Origin: Candidatus Multivoradales bacterium
GTDB lineage: Bacteria; Acidobacteriota; Thermoanaerobaculia; Multivoradales; JAHEKO01
Direction of reading: 5' to 3'
Assembly: GCA_965248055.1 (NCBI GenBank)
Contig: CBDFIJ010000004.1
Span: 1,536,001-1,600,000, forward strand
DNA: 64,000 nucleotides
This document shows positions 42,908 to 51,944 of this stretch, one piece after another; the stretch's first letter is position 1, and every line of letters begins with the position of its first letter. Under the pieces are notes generated by a model. That model was not told the DNA's origin and made no database searches. It was given only the letters and a program-made list of their open reading frames with translations. A program made the position numbers and the translations under genes.

Positions 42908-45075
42908 CACTCCGGTTGTAGCCAAAAATAACGGGGAGACTCGCTCAGTGTGGCGCTGTGTGCACCGCCCACTACCACGGACTCGCCGCTTCTGGAAAAC
43001 ACCGCCTCCACCGGTCTTGGCAGCATCTCTGTGATTTCCCCCTGCTCGCACCAACCGACCACCAACTGATCACCACCCGGGGTTGCGAATTGGTACAGAT
43101 GGCTCCGTGGAGACGACTGTATTCGTTGTTCAAAGCTGGTGGTCATTAACTGGCGGGCAAGCGTCGCCAAGGCGTCAAAGGCTGGACGGGCTCGCAGCTC
43201 TCCGTTGCTCGACCGATCCACCAGTCCGTAGCCGCGAGCGATCAATTGCCACCAATAAATTCGTTCGACCATCCCCGAGGCAAGTAGAGGTACGTAGTAG
43301 CGGACCGCATAGTTAGCCTGAGCCTCTTCGTCCACCGAGACCGCTCTCCCGGCTGGGGAGTGTGGTCCAGCCGCCAGGGGCCAGTTCACTTCGGTCACCC
43401 ATAGTCGCTCACTGCCACCCTTGGCCGTTGCCCCAATCGCTTTCATCAGAGTTGCCTTGCCCACAGCGTCAAGACCCATCTGTCGGTTTTCCGGCGCTCC
43501 ACGGCGATCGACGTAGAGCAGCGATGAGCTCACCGAAAAGGGTGGCCGCATTCGAGAAGGTGCGAGTACCGATGCCATCGCCAGCGGTTCAAAGTCGATC
43601 ACTGCTGGGCCGATCAGCTCGGCACTCTGCGGTAGTTCCTCTCTGGCGATGCCGACCAGGTCAGCATATTCATCACCCCGCCACACGCCCCATTTGCTGC
43701 GATTGATCGCTTGGCCGACCTGAAACCGACTGCCGTAAGGAGATAAAATGCGCCCCCAGATGCGCATCGATCGCCGCCACCGATCGAGGTCGGTAACCAA
43801 ATCCCTATTCTGCGGAAGCGCAAATGAGAGGTCGTATCCAGCGGTTGCAATCTCTCTTGCCAGCTCGACTTCTGAGCCTGGTTCTTGCCATGGATGGACC
43901 CTCAAGAGAACGTGCTTGGCGCCGAGCTGTTCCAACAACGGCAGCACCGTACTGGGACTCTCGGGGCCGGGGCCCAAGGCGATGCCGATACCCGGCCAGG
44001 CCACCGGCTTGCGAAACCTTTCGCGAGCAAACGAGCGATGGCGTCGAACGACCCCCGGAATAAGCGTCGCCACGTGACCAGCGCTCGCCAGGTAGTGGGG
44101 GAACTCGCGAAACCGGCTCATCCACCGGGCCGTCGGCGAAGCGTGCTGGAAAGGCTGATCGGTCAGGTGATCCCAAGTAGCTTGATCGCGAGGGTCGCCG
44201 GTCGACGACGGTCGCGGAATGTGCTCGTGAGGATGCTGTCGTTTGTGGCGACCGGGCAACAATCGTCGAAATATTTTCTTGGCCTTAATACGGCCAAAAT
44301 AAGCCGACTTGTGCCAGCGGTACAACCAGAGCACCGACCACCGAGCGGGCGACCCGAGATAGGCTTCCATAAATACCTGTTGATCGCTTTGCTGATCCAG
44401 TGGTAAACGGCACAGGTCTCGAACTCTCTGTGACCAGCTCAGTCGACCGACAGATCGTGCGCGATTGAGATCGACGATCAACAGTTCCAGCGGGTCAGAG
44501 TGTTCCCGGACAACTAGGTTGCCGATCGACACATCACGGTGCCAGAAGCCCTGCCGATGCATCTGCGCCAAAGCTTGACCACAGGCTCGTAACAGCTCGT
44601 GCCGATCGAGCCACGGAAATTCCTCTTTCTCAGTACTATTCTCCAAGGCGCGGAAGAAGTACCTCGCCTCGAGCAAACCTGGTTCAAACTGGGTAACAAA
44701 CAACGACGGTCCGTCGTCACGGGTTGATTCCACCCACGCCACCGGCTTGGGAGTCGGAACTCCAGACGCGGTGAATGCCAGCGCCATGCGCCAAGACCTC
44801 TCCGCTTTGCTGCGACCGAGGCGCCGCTGAGATTTGCGCCACCAGCCCTGATTTCGAGTCAGCTTGACCGCTACATCCACGTCGGAAAAAGACTGCAAGC
44901 CAACACGGTACAGCAGGTTGCGAGACCCCCAATAGAGCATCTCTTTGGCTTGATCGGGGTCCAAAATCGCGGACAGGTCAAGAGCGCTGAACACTTTTCG
45001 GTCAACGCCAGAGGCAAGCTCTCCCCGCCAGCCATCGACCTCCAAGGCAATCGAATCAGGAGTCTTGTTGACCAT
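42907..45075 (-). CDS. LPS-kinase-like (Kdo/WaaP/InaA) domain fused to a glycoside-hydrolase-like TIM barrel
   Basis: VAVK, WHRDVSIGNL and IVDLNRA kinase motifs; C-terminal LLYVDRRGAPE, LWVTEVNW, ERIYWWQL and RPAFDA. Start uncertain. Confidence 0.75.
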   Translation of the reverse strand: MVNKTPDSIALEVDGWRGELASGVDRKVFSALDLSAILDPDQAKEMLYWGSRNLLYRVGLQSFSDVDVAVKLTRNQGWWRKSQRRLGRSKAERSWRMALAFTASGVPTPKPVAWVESTRDDGPSLFVTQFEPGLLEARYFFRALENSTEKEEFPWLDRHELLRACGQALAQMHRQGFWHRDVSIGNLVVREHSDPLELLIVDLNRARSVGRLSWSQRVRDLCRLPLDQQSDQQVFMEAYLGSPARWSVLWLYRWHKSAYFGRIKAKKIFRRLLPGRHKRQHPHEHIPRPSSTGDPRDQATWDHLTDQPFQHASPTARWMSRFREFPHYLASAGHVATLIPGVVRRHRSFARERFRKPVAWPGIGIALGPGPESPSTVLPLLEQLGAKHVLLRVHPWQEPGSEVELAREIATAGYDLSFALPQNRDLVTDLDRWRRSMRIWGRILSPYGSRFQVGQAINRSKWGVWRGDEYADLVGIAREELPQSAELIGPAVIDFEPLAMASVLAPSRMRPPFSVSSSLLYVDRRGAPENRQMGLDAVGKATLMKAIGATAKGGSERLWVTEVNWPLAAGPHSPAGRAVSVDEEAQANYAVRYYVPLLASGMVERIYWWQLIARGYGLVDRSSNGELRARPAFDALATLARQLMTTSFEQRIQSSPRSHLYQFATPGGDQLVVGWCEQGEITEMLPRPVEAVFSRSGESVVVGGAHSATLSESPRYFWLQPE

Positions 45076-46507
45076 CACCGTTGGCGTTTCCCTGACCAGC
45101 TTCTTGACCAACTTCTTGACCAGAACTCCACGCGAGCCCGGAGGGTGCCACCGTCGAATCAGCGACCACCTTGGGGACCGCAGTCCCTACGGGTACCAAT
45201 TCGTCCAGCGATCCCAGCCGCTCGGCGGTCTCTGGGGCCACCCGCAGAGTCAGATCGTCCTTGCGATCCATCGCCGCCAAGTCGTTGCGTACCTGCGACC
45301 GTAAGCAGCGAATCGAGGCGATCTTGCCGCGCCCACGACATACCGGGCACGAGCGTTGCGACTGATCAAAGTACGACACCCGCGACTGTTTCCGAGTCAG
45401 GTCGACCAAACCAAAGCGCGACATGCCCCCAACCAAAACCCGTTCCGGATCCTCACGGGCGGCTTCTCGCAAGTGGTCCAAGAGTTGCTCGCGATCCGAG
45501 GCACGACGCATATCGATAAAGTCGATCACGATTAGTCCGCCCAATCCTCGCACTCGAACCTGACGGCAGATCTCGCCCGCCGCTTCAAGGTTGGTGGTCA
45601 AAGCCAACTCCTCGAAATCGGTACCACCGGTATCACTGCCGCTGTTGACGTCGATGGCCACCAGCGCCTCGGTGGTCTCGATCACCACCGACCCACCGGA
45701 GGGCAAAGGCACCCAAGGCTTGTGCAGCTTGGCGATTTCGGTTTCCAACCCGCGGTCAACAAACAGCGACATCGAAGATGGGTCCAATTCCATGTTCGAC
45801 AGCTCTTCGGCGTTGCGCTGCAACCAATCTCCCACCGAGTCACAGGCAGGACCGTGGACGACAATTCGACTCAGGTCAGCCAAGTCGCGGATTGCTCGAA
45901 TCGCTAAATTTGGCTCCGAATACAAACAATGGGGATGCTTGGATGAGCGATAGCCCTCGACGACCGCCTTCCACTGATCGACCAAGAAATTAGCTTGCTT
46001 GGTAAATTGATGTCGACCGGCGTCTGCAGCGGCTGTGCGCACGATCCAGCCATAGTCTTCGGCCATCGGCCCTAAAGCTTCCGTGAGGTCTTCCCGGGTA
46101 CGTTCGCCATTTTCGATTTTGCGCGAAACGCCGACTCCATCGCCGGTTGGCAACAACACCAGGAGTCTTCCGGCGAGGGAGATCCGAGTGGTGACCCGCG
46201 GACCTTTGCCCCACAGATCACGAGTCACCTGAATCAGAATCTTTTCCCCGGGTGCCACCAGATCACGGATATCTTCCGACGGATCAGAGCTCAAGTCGTC
46301 CAAGTGCAGAAAAGCGTCTCTCTCGATCCCAATATTGAGAAATGCGCAAGCCATCGCCGGAACCACGCGCCGTACCTTGCCGAGGAAAATCGAGCCGACC
46401 AAACTCGGCTGGTCCTGAGATTCTCGCTCGAGTAGCACCAGCCGACCGTCCTGCCTCAAGGCCGACCGGAACTCGAAGGAGTCGCTTTCGATAAACAGTT
46501 CGCGCAA
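45056..46507 (-). CDS. rng: Ribonuclease E/G family (RNase G-like)
   Basis: S1-like N-terminus, AIDVNSG, TNLEAA, GGLIVIDFIDM and CPVCRGRG motifs. Confidence 0.92.
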   Translation of the reverse strand: MRELFIESDSFEFRSALRQDGRLVLLERESQDQPSLVGSIFLGKVRRVVPAMACAFLNIGIERDAFLHLDDLSSDPSEDIRDLVAPGEKILIQVTRDLWGKGPRVTTRISLAGRLLVLLPTGDGVGVSRKIENGERTREDLTEALGPMAEDYGWIVRTAAADAGRHQFTKQANFLVDQWKAVVEGYRSSKHPHCLYSEPNLAIRAIRDLADLSRIVVHGPACDSVGDWLQRNAEELSNMELDPSSMSLFVDRGLETEIAKLHKPWVPLPSGGSVVIETTEALVAIDVNSGSDTGGTDFEELALTTNLEAAGEICRQVRVRGLGGLIVIDFIDMRRASDREQLLDHLREAAREDPERVLVGGMSRFGLVDLTRKQSRVSYFDQSQRSCPVCRGRGKIASIRCLRSQVRNDLAAMDRKDDLTLRVAPETAERLGSLDELVPVGTAVPKVVADSTVAPSGLAWSSGQEVGQEAGQGNANGDGQQDS

Positions 46508-46523
46508 GCTATTCAGAGTGTCT

Positions 46524-47627
46524 TTAGAGGTTGGCGTAACGGCGAAAGTCTATCCCGAGGATGATCCCCAAGGAGACCAAATTGGCGAGCAAAAACGACC
46601 CCCCGTACGACAAGAACGGCAGTGGAATACCGGTAATCGGCAACCAGCCAATCACCATTGCGGTGTTGTAAACCACGTGCGAAGCCAGCACCCCAATCAG
46701 CCCCACCACCAGCAGCATCCCAGTTCGGTCCGCTGCCCGCTGAGCAACGGTCAACAGGGCAGAGAACAACAGCCCATAGAGAACCATGACCGCACCCACC
46801 CCCAGAAATCCCCATTCCTCAGCCAGCACCGCCAGGATGAAGTCGGTGTGGCGAGCGGGCAAGAAGCGAAGCTGGCTCTGGGTTCCTTGCATGTAACCGC
46901 GACCCGTAATCTGCCCGGAACCCACCGCGATTCGACTCTGCTGCAGTTGATAACCAGCACCCAGAGGATCCTCGGATTGCGACATGAACGACAGAACTCG
47001 TTGGCGTTGATAGTCCCGAAGACCATAATTCCACATCAAGGGCACCGAGATTGCGAACAAGACAATCAGCGTAACCACCGATCGCCGCCGCAAACCGGCG
47101 ACCACCACCACCGCACCGAGCATCGGGAAAAACATCGCAGCACTACCAAGGTCTCGCTGCAGAATAATCAGGATCACCGGTACACCGACAATCAACGTTG
47201 CGGCTCCAAGATCTCGCCAAGTCAATCTCGATTCCTCACTCTGGGCAAGACGACGGGCAAGCATCACCGCAGCCGCGATTTTTGCCAGTTCACTGGGCTG
47301 ACCCCCGAAACTGCCCACGCCAATCCAACTGCGCGCCCCGCCGGCCTCTTGCCCGGCAACCAACACCAACAACAACAAAGCCTGGCTCAGAAGATAGAGT
47401 GGCCAAGCGAATCGAGCGAGGAAGCGGTGGTCTACTCCGATGGCGAAGGCACACGCCAAAATGCCCACCACCAACCACAGTGCCTGGCGAGGCACAAAAT
47501 CTACCGACAGTTCTGCCGTGGCGCTGCCAATGGTGACAATTCCTACCGTCACCAACGACACGGCGAACAACAACACTACCCAGTGAACTCCCGAAAGACG
47601 ACCCGCTAAGTCTCTTTTCTCAGCCAT
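46524..47627 (-). CDS. rodA: Rod shape-determining protein RodA
   Basis: QPSELAK, GYQLQQS, HTDFI and TGIPLPFLSYGGS motifs. Confidence 0.95.
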   Translation of the reverse strand: MAEKRDLAGRLSGVHWVVLLFAVSLVTVGIVTIGSATAELSVDFVPRQALWLVVGILACAFAIGVDHRFLARFAWPLYLLSQALLLLVLVAGQEAGGARSWIGVGSFGGQPSELAKIAAAVMLARRLAQSEESRLTWRDLGAATLIVGVPVILIILQRDLGSAAMFFPMLGAVVVVAGLRRRSVVTLIVLFAISVPLMWNYGLRDYQRQRVLSFMSQSEDPLGAGYQLQQSRIAVGSGQITGRGYMQGTQSQLRFLPARHTDFILAVLAEEWGFLGVGAVMVLYGLLFSALLTVAQRAADRTGMLLVVGLIGVLASHVVYNTAMVIGWLPITGIPLPFLSYGGSFLLANLVSLGIILGIDFRRYANL

Positions 47628-49359
47628 TGAAATACCGCTCATGGATCGCTCGCGCGATCGGCGCCGCAGCCTGAGACCCAGCGCCCCCGTGCTCAACAAA
47701 GGCCACCACTACCAACTGCGGATCGTCAATCGGCGCAAACGAGGCAAACCATGAATGATCTCGATGCTCGGCCCGCAGGTCTTCGTTGCTGGTCCAGGTG
47801 ACTTGTTCGACAACCTGCACAGTGGCCGTTTTTCCAGCAATCGCCACCAGTTCCGAGCGGGCCGAACGCCCGGTGCCATCCTCAACCACCGCGCCAAGAG
47901 CCTCTCGAATCAATCGAAGGTGTTCCTTATTGAGTTGGGTCGATTGTGGATCGACGTTCGCCTGATTGGAGAGGTGCAGTGTTGGCAGATCGCCCTCGGT
48001 GGCAATGACCGCCATCATGCGTGCAATCTGGACCGGCGATGTGAGAATCGGCCCCTGCCCAATCACCACAGAAACCGTTTCTCCGGGATACCAAGGTTCC
48101 TTCCGAGCACTGCGCTTCCAACTCCTATCGGGAACCAATCCAGTGGTTTCGGTGGGCAGATCGATTCCGGTCGGCGAGCCCAAACCAAAGCGCCGCGCGT
48201 AGGCAGCGAGAACGTCGATGTCCAACTGCTTGGCTAGGTCGTAAAAGTAGACATCGCACGATTCCTCGATTGCCGATTTGAGGTTGACCCATCCATGACC
48301 CGGGCGATACCAACAACGGGTACGACGCCCGTAGAGCACTGCCGACCCGGAACAATAGACCTTACTTTGCGGTGTAATCAACCGCTCTCCCAAGCCCGCC
48401 GCCGCCGACACCACCTTAAAAACCGAACCCGGAGAATAAGCACTCTGGACCGCTCGATCCTGCAGCGGATTGTGTGGTGCAGTGGTCAACTCGGTCCACG
48501 CCTGTTGATTCAGACGACGAGAGAATATGTTTGGGTCGTAGCTGGGGGTACTGACCATAGCGCGCACTGCACCGTCGCGTGGATCCATGGCAACCACCAC
48601 TCCGACGCGATCCCCCAGCAACTCCTGGGCTAACTGCTGGAGCTCCAGGTCGATCTCAAGGCGTAATTTGAGCCCGGTCTGAGGACTCCTTCTCGACTGT
48701 TCGTCCTGCAGGCGCCCGCGGCTATCAACAATGACGCGGCGCTCTCCTGGCTGTCCTCTCAGTTGTTCATCGTAGGTGCGCTCAACCCCGGTCCGACCCA
48801 ACTGATCGACCCCTCGTAAATTAGACCTAGAAGCCAAATCTCGCTCGGTTGGATCTCCAAGGTAGCCGATCAGATGGGCGGAATTGGGCCCCTGTCGATA
48901 GAGCCGACGCCGACCCACTTCGACCGTAAGATCTGGATAGTTCCCCCACGAAGCCTCAACGCGGGCCACTTGATCCAAGCCCAAGTCCTCAGCGATTAGC
49001 CGCTCACCCCCAGAAAAACGCCATCGTTCCGCATCGGGACTCAGCTCATTGCCAAGCAACGAGGTGACGAAAACTAGACTGGCAGCTGGGTCGCTAGCTG
49101 ACTCTGGGCTCCACCGAAGTTCATAGACCGGAACCGTCTCCGCCAAAACCCGGTTGTGGCGATCGACGATTTGGCCTCGGAGGGGGTCCAACGTCTCCCG
49201 TCGCAAGGAGTTGCGGAAGGCGAGTTGGCGGTACTCCTCGCCATGGATTAGTTGCAAGTCCCAGTAACCAGCAACAATGATCGCCAGTGCACTCAGAAAC
49301 ACCCATCGCACCAGCCGAACGCGGTTGGAGAATTCCGCTTTTTCAACTCGAGCCCGCAT
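47620..49359 (-). CDS. mrdA: Penicillin-binding protein 2
   Basis: RGQIVDR, SxxK (SVFK), SCD and AGKTAT motifs; mre operon context. Confidence 0.94.
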   Translation of the reverse strand: MRARVEKAEFSNRVRLVRWVFLSALAIIVAGYWDLQLIHGEEYRQLAFRNSLRRETLDPLRGQIVDRHNRVLAETVPVYELRWSPESASDPAASLVFVTSLLGNELSPDAERWRFSGGERLIAEDLGLDQVARVEASWGNYPDLTVEVGRRRLYRQGPNSAHLIGYLGDPTERDLASRSNLRGVDQLGRTGVERTYDEQLRGQPGERRVIVDSRGRLQDEQSRRSPQTGLKLRLEIDLELQQLAQELLGDRVGVVVAMDPRDGAVRAMVSTPSYDPNIFSRRLNQQAWTELTTAPHNPLQDRAVQSAYSPGSVFKVVSAAAGLGERLITPQSKVYCSGSAVLYGRRTRCWYRPGHGWVNLKSAIEESCDVYFYDLAKQLDIDVLAAYARRFGLGSPTGIDLPTETTGLVPDRSWKRSARKEPWYPGETVSVVIGQGPILTSPVQIARMMAVIATEGDLPTLHLSNQANVDPQSTQLNKEHLRLIREALGAVVEDGTGRSARSELVAIAGKTATVQVVEQVTWTSNEDLRAEHRDHSWFASFAPIDDPQLVVVAFVEHGGAGSQAAAPIARAIHERYFNG

Positions 49360-49877
49360 TAGAGGCGTAGCCTCCCGCGATCCCGGCGTCTGCGCCATCC
49401 ACCAAACAACAACCCGGCATGCCCTACAACGCGGGTCATCCAGACCAGTAGCGCGGAAGTTACGACCACCGCCGGAAGAATCCACCACACCAAGGTTGGT
49501 GTTCCCGCGACAAATAGCGCTCGCAAACCCATCACTAGCAAACGTTCCAACAAGGCGCCACTGGCAGCCAAGAACACCGCCGAGAACATCGTCATTTCAG
49601 CGACTCGACTGGCGGCGAGTCCGACTCCGTAGCCACAGAGTGTCAGGGCAAATCCGTGCAGACCGAAGGGATCCCCAGAGATCGCGTCAGCGACAATCCC
49701 TGCAACCAGACCGGTCAGCATCCCTTCAAGTTGGCCGCCTTTGATCCCCGCAGCGAGCGTGATCACCAGGAATAGATCAAAACCTGGAGCGACGGTTGGA
49801 AACATGCTCCAGGCAACGAAATGACCAATTGCCGCCAACAACAGATAGACCATCGAGACAATTAACCTTTTCCTCAT
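49359..49877 (-). CDS. mreD: Rod shape-determining protein MreD
   Basis: Hydrophobic 172-aa ORF with G...D motif between mreC and mrdA. Confidence 0.85.
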   Translation of the reverse strand: MRKRLIVSMVYLLLAAIGHFVAWSMFPTVAPGFDLFLVITLAAGIKGGQLEGMLTGLVAGIVADAISGDPFGLHGFALTLCGYGVGLAASRVAEMTMFSAVFLAASGALLERLLVMGLRALFVAGTPTLVWWILPAVVVTSALLVWMTRVVGHAGLLFGGWRRRRDRGRLRL

Positions 49878-50719
49878 TGCGGCTCCTGCGCCGGAAACAC
49901 CGAAGCTTCGGTCACCGGTTCGCCGCCCAGCAGCAACACCATCTCCAAGGTCGAAAAATCGACCAATGGCCGCAGTCCGATGCGGAGCAAAAGGTCCTCG
50001 GTTTCTTGGACGCTGACAACTTCTCCAACGCGCAACCCGCGTGGAAAAACACCATCGATCCCGGCGGTGACGACCTGATCCCCTAACCGCACATCGCTAC
50101 CGCGCGGAATGTACTCCAATGTCAACCGGGACCGTCCGCCGCCACGAATCACTCCTTGTCGACGGGTGCGTTCGATCATGCCACCCATCGCGTGGTCCAA
50201 GTCTGTCAAGGGCTGCACTTTGGCGTAGGGGCCAGCTCCACCAACAATACGCCCGACAACTCCATCAACCACCAGCACCGGCTGACCCGTGCGCCAACGA
50301 TTTCTTGGTGCCCGCACGATCCAAGACGGAGAGGCAGATCGGTCGTCGCGAAAGACGATTTCGGCAGGAACCAGGTCGACCTCGGCACGATTCCGAAAGC
50401 CAACCGCTTCCTCCATTGCGCGAAGTCGACCCACGGAAGTCGATAAACGAAGGTTCTCTGTCTCCAATTGATCAACCCGCTGGGTAAGATCTTGATTGTC
50501 GAGCTTGAGTTGACGGCGGGTGCGCGTACCCCGACCAAAACCTGTCAATGCATCCCCAGTGCCATCAACCACATCGGCAATCGCACCGGCGACCAGCAGC
50601 GCACCGCGCTCGATCATCGCCGGGTCGCCGCCTTCAGCAGAAGACGACGGCAAACTGAGTAACAGAAGAAAGATCGCCAAGATCGTCGCTAGCAGCCAGC
50701 GGATCAGCCTTTCGTCCAC
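49874..50719 (-). CDS. mreC: Rod shape-determining protein MreC
   Basis: TM, coiled coil, GVVGRI and GDQVVTAGIDGVFPRGL motifs. Confidence 0.92.
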   Translation of the reverse strand: MDERLIRWLLATILAIFLLLLSLPSSSAEGGDPAMIERGALLVAGAIADVVDGTGDALTGFGRGTRTRRQLKLDNQDLTQRVDQLETENLRLSTSVGRLRAMEEAVGFRNRAEVDLVPAEIVFRDDRSASPSWIVRAPRNRWRTGQPVLVVDGVVGRIVGGAGPYAKVQPLTDLDHAMGGMIERTRRQGVIRGGGRSRLTLEYIPRGSDVRLGDQVVTAGIDGVFPRGLRVGEVVSVQETEDLLLRIGLRPLVDFSTLEMVLLLGGEPVTEASVFPAQEPQ

Positions 50720-50732
50720 AATCCCTGCTTTT

Positions 50733-51755
50733 TTAGGTGACCTGGACTTTACGTAGTAATTCGAGATCGTCCAGCATTTTTCCGGTGCCCAGAACAACGG
50801 CAGAAAGCGGGTCTTCAGAAACAATCACCGGCAGACCGGTATCGGAGCTAATACGCCGATCCAGTCCGCGCAGGAGTGCACCACCACCAGAAAGCACAAT
50901 TCCACGTTCCATGATGTCGGCAGAAAGTTCGGGGGGCGTTCGCTCCAGAGAACCGCGTACCGCCTCGACGATCACTGCCACCGGTTCGGCCAACGCGTCT
51001 CGAATTTCCTCTTCTGTCACCGTTTGCTGGCGAGGTACCCCGTCCACCAGGTCCCGACCTTTGATCGCCATTGTCCGCTCTTCGCCGTCGCGTGGAAACG
51101 CGGACCCCAACTCAACCTTGATCCGCTCGGCGGTGCGTTCGCCAATTGCCAGATTATGACGACGCTTCATATGCTGCATGATCGCGTCATCCATTTCGTT
51201 GCCAGCAATCCGCACCGAGCGAGAATCAACGATCCCAGACAGCGAAATCACCGCAACATCGGTGGTGCCACCGCCGATATCGACAATCATGTTCCCGGAA
51301 GCCTCGGTGATCGGCAAGTCGGCTCCAACTGCCGCCATCATCGCCTGCTCCACCAAATAGACCTGAGAGGCTCCCGCTTTTTGCGCAGAGTCATGAACCG
51401 CTCGCCGTTCCACCTGAGTAATCTCCGACGGCACACCGATCACTACTCGCGAGTACATTTTGTGCCCGTGGGCCTTGCGAATCAGGTGTTGGAGCATCCG
51501 TTCGGTGATCTCAAAATCTGCGATCACTCCATCTTTCAATGGCCGAATGGACTCGATGTTCCCCGGCGTTCGGCCGAGCATCTCTTTGGCTTCGGAACCA
51601 ATCGCTTCAATGCGGTTGGTTTTCTTGTTCACCACCACCACCGAAGGCTCACGCACCACGATGCCTTTGTTGCGGGCGTAGATCAGAGTATTCGCAGTGC
51701 CTAAGTCAACAGCTAGGTCACTGGAAAACAAACGCAAAAGTGAAGATAGAGCCAT
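50733..51755 (-). CDS. mreB: Actin-like protein MreB
   Basis: DLGTANT, RPLKDGVIADF, DIGGGTT and GGGALL motifs. Confidence 0.97.
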   Translation of the reverse strand: MALSSLLRLFSSDLAVDLGTANTLIYARNKGIVVREPSVVVVNKKTNRIEAIGSEAKEMLGRTPGNIESIRPLKDGVIADFEITERMLQHLIRKAHGHKMYSRVVIGVPSEITQVERRAVHDSAQKAGASQVYLVEQAMMAAVGADLPITEASGNMIVDIGGGTTDVAVISLSGIVDSRSVRIAGNEMDDAIMQHMKRRHNLAIGERTAERIKVELGSAFPRDGEERTMAIKGRDLVDGVPRQQTVTEEEIRDALAEPVAVIVEAVRGSLERTPPELSADIMERGIVLSGGGALLRGLDRRISSDTGLPVIVSEDPLSAVVLGTGKMLDDLELLRKVQVT

Positions 51756-51944
51756 AAAGAGATTCCGCTGCCGGTCGTAGAACCTGGGTACTTTCGAAGT
51801 GGCGTACTTGCGAAGTGGCTGTCGCCAGCCCACCCCCCGAGAGATCGAAAATATAGCACACAAAAATGGGCATTTTGTTGGCCTATCGAGCCTACCTCCG
51901 GTAGAGTTGGTGGTTCGGGCGCACTCGCCCGTAGGGGTATTTCT

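Noticed and set aside
45091-45122. Short 12-bp tandem repeat (cttcttgacca) at the rng 3' end
   Set aside because: About 2.5 copies encoding a low-complexity tail; no spacers, so not CRISPR-like.
46518-47609. 363-aa ORF antisense to rodA, and similar long shadows (62700..63746, 56663..57445, 31636..32382)
   Set aside because: Antisense shadows of well-supported genes in GC-rich DNA, with no recognisable motifs.
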